From Chloroflexota bacterium (GTDB taxonomy: Bacteria > Chloroflexota > Limnocylindria > Limnocylindrales > CSP1-4), in assembly GCA_045804705.1 (NCBI GenBank), contig JBJMMQ010000193.1, positions 1 through 47,701 of the forward strand: 47,701 nucleotides of DNA, read 5' to 3'. A program made the translations under genes and the position numbers. Shown in pieces: positions 42,729-47,701 of this stretch (position 1 is its first letter; every line of letters begins with the position of its first letter). The notes under the pieces were generated by a model, which ran no database searches, had not been told where the DNA came from, and saw only the letters and a list, made by a program, of their open reading frames with translations.

Positions 42729-42860
42729 AAGCTACGCACGTCCCCTGAAGGTCCCCGGGAACAGAGATGAAGAAAGCGTGAATTGCTAGCGATCACACCC
42801 TCCGCGTTCATGTTCTGTTCACGCGTTTTTCGGGATCCGTTCGTGTCGTGGCACGACGCT
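42729..42860. promoter_or_regulatory. Divergent control region with two opposed arrays of 11-bp-phased TTC(A/G) repeats (OmpR/PhoB-type boxes)
   Basis: Plus strand TTCA 42807, TTCA 42818, TTCG 42829, TTCG 42840. Minus strand TTCA (read as TGAA on plus) at 42779, 42768 and 42746. Minus-strand TAGCTT lies 11 nt beyond the last repeat. Confidence 0.6.
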
Positions 42861-42902
42861 AGGCAGACGACTTCGGACGACAGATATGCCGGGAGGCAAG
42901 AG

Positions 42903-44180
42903 ATGCAAACGGTCGGGGCGCAGGCGGCGCCTTCCTCAGGTTCACGTGCGTTGGCGGCTGCGCTCGCCCAGTTCGACGCGGCGGCTGACCACATCGACCT
43001 CGAGTCCGGCCTGCGTGCCGTGCTGCGCGTTCCGCAGCGAGAGTTCACCGTCCATTTCCCGGTCAAGCGGGACGACGGCTCAGTGGAGGTCTTCCAGGGC
43101 TATCGCGTCCAGCACAACGTCGCGCGGGGGCCCGCGAAGGGCGGACTGCGGTTCCATCCGAGGACGGATCTCGACGATGTCCGTGCGCTCGCGATGTGGA
43201 TGACGTGGAAGGCAGCCCTCGTCGACGTCCCGTTCGGTGGCGCGAAGGGTGGCGTGACCTGCGATCCGAGTTCGATGAGCTCCAAGGAGCTCGAGGCCCT
43301 CACCCGACGCTTTGCGACCGAGCTCGAAGGCATCATCGGCCCCGACTCCGACATCCCCGCCCCCGACGTCGGGACGAACGCGCAGACGATGGCCTGGATC
43401 ATGGACACCGTCTCCATGCACCGCGGTTACTCGGTGCCCGGCGTGGTCACCGGCAAGCCGGTCGCGATCGGCGGTTCGGTCGGTCGGTCCGACGCGACCG
43501 GCCAGGGAGTCGTCTACACCGTCGCGGACGCAGCACGCCGGAGCGGTTTCGCGCTTCAAGGCGCGCGCGTGGCGATCCAGGGTTTCGGGAACGTCGGCGA
43601 GGCGACCGCCCGGCTGCTCCATGAGGCCGGCGCTCGCGTCGTGGCGATCACGGATGTCCATGGCGGTGTTGCGAATGCCGGCGGCCTCGACGTCCCGTTC
43701 CTTCGACGTTTCCTTGCTGAGCACGGAACGATCGCCGGCGCACCCGGAACGAGGCCCATCGACAACGACGAGCTCTTCGGCCTTGATGTCGATGTCCTCG
43801 TCCTCGCCGCTCTCGAGGGTCAGATCACGGCTGCGAATGCCGGCACCGTTCGGGCCCGGATCCTCGCCGAGGCAGCGAATGGCCCGGTCTCACCGGATGC
43901 GGACCCGATCCTCCAGCGCAACGGCGTGGTCGTTCTCCCGGACATCCTCTGCAACTCGGGTGGGGTCATCGTCAGCTATTTCGAGTGGGCCCAGAACCGA
44001 GCGGCACTCGCGTGGACGATCGACGAGATCAACGAGCGTCTGCGTCGTCAGATCCTGACCGCTGCGGATGCGGTCTGGGCGCGCGCGAGCGTGGATGCGA
44101 TCGAGCCGCGGCTCGCTGCACAGGCTATCGCCGTCGAACGGGTGGCGGACGCGACCCAGCTCCGCGGTCTGTATCCGTAG
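42903..44180 (+). CDS. gdhA: Glu/Leu/Phe/Val dehydrogenase (glutamate dehydrogenase)
   Basis: GYRVQHN.ARGPAKGGLRF, MTWK, PFGGAKGG, DIPAPDVGT, TGKP..GGS.GR..ATG, QGFGNVG, EAANGP, GGVIVSYFEW. SD GGAGG. Confidence 0.93.
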   Translation: MQTVGAQAAPSSGSRALAAALAQFDAAADHIDLESGLRAVLRVPQREFTVHFPVKRDDGSVEVFQGYRVQHNVARGPAKGGLRFHPRTDLDDVRALAMWMTWKAALVDVPFGGAKGGVTCDPSSMSSKELEALTRRFATELEGIIGPDSDIPAPDVGTNAQTMAWIMDTVSMHRGYSVPGVVTGKPVAIGGSVGRSDATGQGVVYTVADAARRSGFALQGARVAIQGFGNVGEATARLLHEAGARVVAITDVHGGVANAGGLDVPFLRRFLAEHGTIAGAPGTRPIDNDELFGLDVDVLVLAALEGQITAANAGTVRARILAEAANGPVSPDADPILQRNGVVVLPDILCNSGGVIVSYFEWAQNRAALAWTIDEINERLRRQILTAADAVWARASVDAIEPRLAAQAIAVERVADATQLRGLYP

Positions 44181-44210
44181 CCGTCCTTCTGTGTCGGGAT
44201 CGCGCGCCGT

Positions 44211-44246
44211 GTGACTTTGGTCCCGACAGCCCGAGACCGCCGGCCC
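44211..44246 (+). promoter_or_regulatory. Tandem DosR/DevR-like (NarL-family) boxes
   Basis: GTGAC-TTTG-GTCCC (44211-44224) and GAGAC-CGCC-GGCCC (44233-44246), starts 22 bp apart. Confidence 0.45.
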
Positions 44247-44341
44247 TATCTCGACTGAACGTTAAGCCACAGGATGACGGCCTGACAGGGTGAGCCGGAT
44301 CTGGCTCGAGCAGCCGACGCGAGGCCGCCCAGGAGGCCGTC

Positions 44342-45157
44342 ATGCGTGCGCTCGACACCCCAGGATCAGGGCACGGTAGAGCATCGGAGATCGCGTCGGC
44401 CGGTGCTCCCTTGGCCGGCCTCCCACCGCCAGTGGCGCGCTTCCGGGACCTTGCCAAGACCGACGTTCCGATCGAGACCGTGGTCATCGAGGCGAGTGCC
44501 GTGATGCGGCGGCCACGGATCCCGCCGATCCCTCTCGAGATCCGAATGGCACATCGCCTCGGTCGCGAGTTCGTCCACCAGATCCGCATCGGCCGAGGAT
44601 GGCTCTCGTTCGCGTTCGGCCTTGACGCCTACGTGGACGGGCGCGGTCTGATGAAGATCGGACCGTCGATCCAGGCCGGCGCGCACTTCGATCAGGGTGC
44701 CCTGATCGCGCTGTGGGGCGAGGCTCTCGGGTTCCCGTCGGCGTGGGAGTGTCGCAACGACGTTCGCTGGGAGGAGATCGACGACGTCACGGCGCGTCTC
44801 GTCGTCCCGGGACCGGAAGGCGAGATCGCCATCATGGTCGGCTTCGATCGTGTGACGGGCTTTCCGGCGACATGCGAGGCCGATCGCTACAAGTCCACGG
44901 GGCCGAAGGTCCACTGGATCGGTCGACTCAGCGACTGGCGCCGCACCGACGGCGGCGTTCTCGCGCCGTGTCGATTCACAGCGCAATGGGCGGATGAACC
45001 CAGTCCATGGATCGACATCCGGACCAAGGGCATCGTCGCAAATTCCTCGGTCGATGACCTGCTGCGCGTCGGTCGAGAAGCGCTCCGAGCTGTAGCGCGT
45101 CGAGGGCAACAGGACGCCGCTGAGCTGCGGCCCGGTGACGTGTCGAAAGGAGACTGA
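44342..45157 (+). CDS. Hypothetical protein (DUF6544-like)
   Basis: LAGLPPPVARF, D.YVDGRG.M, DQGALIALWGE..GFPSA, VRWEEIDD..ARL, EADRY. SD GGAGG. Confidence 0.65.
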   Translation: MRALDTPGSGHGRASEIASAGAPLAGLPPPVARFRDLAKTDVPIETVVIEASAVMRRPRIPPIPLEIRMAHRLGREFVHQIRIGRGWLSFAFGLDAYVDGRGLMKIGPSIQAGAHFDQGALIALWGEALGFPSAWECRNDVRWEEIDDVTARLVVPGPEGEIAIMVGFDRVTGFPATCEADRYKSTGPKVHWIGRLSDWRRTDGGVLAPCRFTAQWADEPSPWIDIRTKGIVANSSVDDLLRVGREALRAVARRGQQDAAELRPGDVSKGD

Positions 45158-45239
45158 CAATGGCGGTCGGATTCGCGCTCGGCTTCATCGGACTCTTCTG
45201 GCACCGCCGAACGGGCCAGATGCGGCGCTGGTGAGCGCC

Positions 45240-45926
45240 ATGATGACGACAGACGCGGTGCACATCGCGCCATCCCACTTCGCGACTCGGGCCCGCACGG
45301 CCACCGATCTCAGGATGGGTGGCGGCCTGCTGTTCCTGGCAGGCGCGACGATCCTGATGGGCATCATCACCGCGGAGGCACTCTACCCGGGCACCTTCTC
45401 GACGGCGGCGAACGAGATCAGCGATCTCGGCGGGACCCGGCCGCCGAACAGCGTGATCCACCAGCCGTCCGCGACGCTCTTCAACCTGTCGATGCTGTTC
45501 GTCGGGATCGCGGTGATGGCGAGCGCGTGGTTCATCCACCGCGCCTTCGGCCGTCGCTCGGTGACGACCCCGGTCGCGCTCCTCGGCATCGGTGCGTTGG
45601 GCGTCGGCCTCTTCCCGGGGAACACAGGTGCGCCGCACGCCCTCTTCTCGATGGTGACGTTCTTTGCAGGCGGGATCACCGCGATCGCTGCGGCGCGAGT
45701 CGCCAATGGCCCGTTCCGATACCTGTCGGGCGCCCTCGGCGTCGTCGCCCTGGTGGCATTGGCCTCGACGTTCCTCGGTGAAGACTCGCCGCTCGGTCCG
45801 CTCGGGATCGGCGGGATCGAGCGCTGGATCGCCTACCCGGTCGTGCTCTGGTTGACGGCGTTTGGTGGCTACCTGTCCGGCCGTGGCGAGAGCGTCAAGG
45901 ACGAGGCCGGGGAGGGCCGAGGATGA
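45240..45926 (+). CDS. DUF998 family membrane protein
   Basis: EALYPG...N.ISDLG; GVGLFP..TG..H; G.GGIERWIAYP; multiple TM helices. Confidence 0.8.
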   Translation: MMTTDAVHIAPSHFATRARTATDLRMGGGLLFLAGATILMGIITAEALYPGTFSTAANEISDLGGTRPPNSVIHQPSATLFNLSMLFVGIAVMASAWFIHRAFGRRSVTTPVALLGIGALGVGLFPGNTGAPHALFSMVTFFAGGITAIAAARVANGPFRYLSGALGVVALVALASTFLGEDSPLGPLGIGGIERWIAYPVVLWLTAFGGYLSGRGESVKDEAGEGRG

Positions 45927-46276
45927 CGAGGCAAACCGGTCATCCCGCCGGGGTGGCGGCCCTCAAGGCCATTCACACCCTCGTGTTTGCCGGGGAACTC
46001 GCGGCCATCCTGTGGCTTGTCGTCTCCGGTCTCGTCGGGAGGCGCGACCGGAGCGTCCGCCTCGCGACGGCGGCCGTCGGGGCCGAGGCACTCGTATTCG
46101 TCGCCAACGGCGGCGTGTGCCCAATCACGCCGATGACCGAACGACTCGGTGCCTCCAACGGCTCCGTCTCCGACATCTTCCTTCCGGGTGCGATCGCGAG
46201 GACGATCCCGATGTGGTCGACGGCGCTTATCGGTCTCGCGGTCGTCCTGCATGCCCGATCGTATCGAGCGCGCTAA
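45923..46276 (+). CDS. Small membrane protein (DUF2784-like, H...CPIT motif)
   Basis: KAIHT; NGGVCPITPMTERLG...SDIFLP. ATGA coupling to the upstream gene. Confidence 0.7.
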   Translation: MTRQTGHPAGVAALKAIHTLVFAGELAAILWLVVSGLVGRRDRSVRLATAAVGAEALVFVANGGVCPITPMTERLGASNGSVSDIFLPGAIARTIPMWSTALIGLAVVLHARSYRAR

Positions 46277-46294
46277 GCGACCGCCGGAGCCGGA

Positions 46295-47467
46295 TCAGGT
46301 CACGGGCGTTTGCGGAGTCGGTCCCGGCTGGACCCAGCCTCCCGGCGCCGCGACCTCGCTCGTTCCAGTCCGTCGCCGCCAGGCGATCAGAACGGCACCG
46401 AGGCCGAGTAGGACCACGACCAGCTTCACCCACGGCCCGATGACCGGCAGGGACGAGAGCAGGACGACGACGGCCGCACCGACCGCCAGCACAGCCAGCT
46501 CGCGCCACCGACTTGCGTTCTCGCCGCGCATCACAAGGCTGGCCAGGGTGACCCCGACGAGGGCGTCCGCGAGGTAGCCGGCCGCGATGGAGAACAGGAG
46601 ACTCGCGCCGAGGATCGCGACGGTCCCGCCCAGAAGGTCGATGCCGACGAGGTCGCCGAATCCGAGCAGGCCGAACACCACGGCGAGAAGGATCACGGCG
46701 ACTAGCATCAGGATGAGGAACACGATGAAGCCAAGGATCGCGACGACGCCCCAGCCGACCGCGGGCAACGGTCGTTCGCGAAGTGCCGTTTTCATCGCAG
46801 CGTAGGGTCGGGGCGCGAACCAGATCAGCAACGCGCCGACGAGAACGACCACCAGGAAGTGACGCACGCCGTCGATCACCTGTTGGGTCGCCGTCGGGGT
46901 GGCACCGGGTTGAGGAGCCTGATCGCGAGGGGTGATCGTCACATCCTCGCTCCCGCCGATCGTGCCGGCCTTGGCGTACGTCCCGGTTCGCGCCAGGACG
47001 TCGCCCGTGACCGCACCGTCGATCGTCAGCTGGCCGGTCGCGGCGATCACGTCTTCGCCGACGGTCCCCGCTGATGTCACCGTGAGCTGGCCGCCCGCGG
47101 CGAGGAGATCCTCCTTGACATTCCCACCCACCGACAGCGTCCCGCCCGCGACGCGGGCGTCACCGTTGACCGTGCCTGTGATGGTGACGCTGCCCCCGGC
47201 CGCGAGGACGTCGCCGGTGACGGTCCCCGCGACATCGATCTGGCCACCGCTCGCGATCAGGTCACCGTCGATCGTGCCGTCGACGCGCACCGTCCCCGCG
47301 AACGCATACACGTCGTTCGAGACCGTCTCGCCGGCGCCGATCGTCACCGTGTCGCCAGACCGGAACTTCTCGCCGATGACGCCCTGCGCGACGGCGACTC
47401 CGGTCAGCGTCACCAGCAAGGCGATGCATGCCATCGCTGCCAACAGAAGTCGGTTCCCGTGCCTCAT
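46295..47467 (-). CDS. Membrane protein with exported beta-helix (bactofilin/polymer-forming-like) repeats and C-terminal TM bundle
   Basis: Signal peptide, ~15-aa repeats (V.GTV.GDVLAAGG.VT), then several TM helices ending LPVIG..V..VVVLLGLGA. Confidence 0.8.
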   Translation of the reverse strand: MRHGNRLLLAAMACIALLVTLTGVAVAQGVIGEKFRSGDTVTIGAGETVSNDVYAFAGTVRVDGTIDGDLIASGGQIDVAGTVTGDVLAAGGSVTITGTVNGDARVAGGTLSVGGNVKEDLLAAGGQLTVTSAGTVGEDVIAATGQLTIDGAVTGDVLARTGTYAKAGTIGGSEDVTITPRDQAPQPGATPTATQQVIDGVRHFLVVVLVGALLIWFAPRPYAAMKTALRERPLPAVGWGVVAILGFIVFLILMLVAVILLAVVFGLLGFGDLVGIDLLGGTVAILGASLLFSIAAGYLADALVGVTLASLVMRGENASRWRELAVLAVGAAVVVLLSSLPVIGPWVKLVVVLLGLGAVLIAWRRRTGTSEVAAPGGWVQPGPTPQTPVT

Positions 47468-47701
47468 GACCTGGCCCCCGCTTGGAATCTGGTGGTTATC
47501 CTCTCCGCCCAGCCGCGATCCACGATCGAAGGAGCGTCCCAAAAAGCCTACTCGTGGTCACGCGGATGTGCCTGCCCGCAGAGCTGGTCCCGGTCCGGGC
47601 GGATCGGACTGGTACCTATGCCTGCAGTCCCGGTACGACTTTCCCAGGACCCGTGGCGGTCCGGGTGCCAGATGATGATTCCGGTGCGGTGAGCCAGGAC
47701 T

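Noticed and set aside
46960-47360. ~45-bp periodic repeats as a possible CRISPR or VNTR
   Set aside because: They are degenerate coding repeats of the beta-helix protein, with no identical repeat-spacer structure.
47480-47701. Possible regulator boxes upstream of the beta-helix gene (GTAC/GTCCC half-sites)
   Set aside because: Only half-sites with no consistent spacing, and the context is cut by the window edge.
1-47701. tRNA, rRNA, CRISPR arrays, IS elements, integrases
   Set aside because: None recognised by eye. A tRNAscan/Infernal/CRISPR-finder run would be needed to exclude small RNAs definitively.

Overview
A 47.7 kb chromosomal segment with high GC (roughly 70% by eye), about 50 tightly packed genes and no recognisable rRNA, tRNA, CRISPR array, transposase or prophage. 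F420-type oxidoreductases, Ni-SOD, a Cys-rich LysM protein, a large GH13 plus GH57 and many apparently leaderless genes suggest a high-GC Chloroflexota (possibly Limnocylindria-like) or actinobacterium-like soil organism; this is an inference. Gene content in order: MFS/MarR; LLM oxidoreductase; SIS protein; sodX-sodN; RibD-C; LysM protein; GNATs; TPM protein; lysA; DUF885; an alpha-glucan locus (GH13, GH57, glgP, glgA) interrupted by a GntR regulator and an unannotated 46-aa membrane peptide; a DEAD-box helicase with a switch-like leader; a secreted EF-hand protein; a stress cluster (SRPBCC, LigD phosphoesterase, hemerythrin, DUF72) in which two genes lack canonical start codons; an FAH hydrolase; a 44-aa micro-lipoprotein with an ECF-type promoter; a macrodomain gene coupled to an AfsR/SARP-STAND regulator whose divergent secreted-protein gene carries 11-bp-phased SARP-type repeats; a USP; and gdhA with membrane proteins. 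The best candidate for an undescribed system is 40354-42860: a 7-Cys microprotein, a Gre-like factor lacking the catalytic acidic tip, a soluble histidine kinase with an N-terminal winged-helix-like domain and an OmpR-family regulator. This unit shares with gdhA a divergent intergenic region containing two opposed arrays of 11-bp-phased TTC(A/G) repeats. All family calls come from motif recognition by eye, not database searches.
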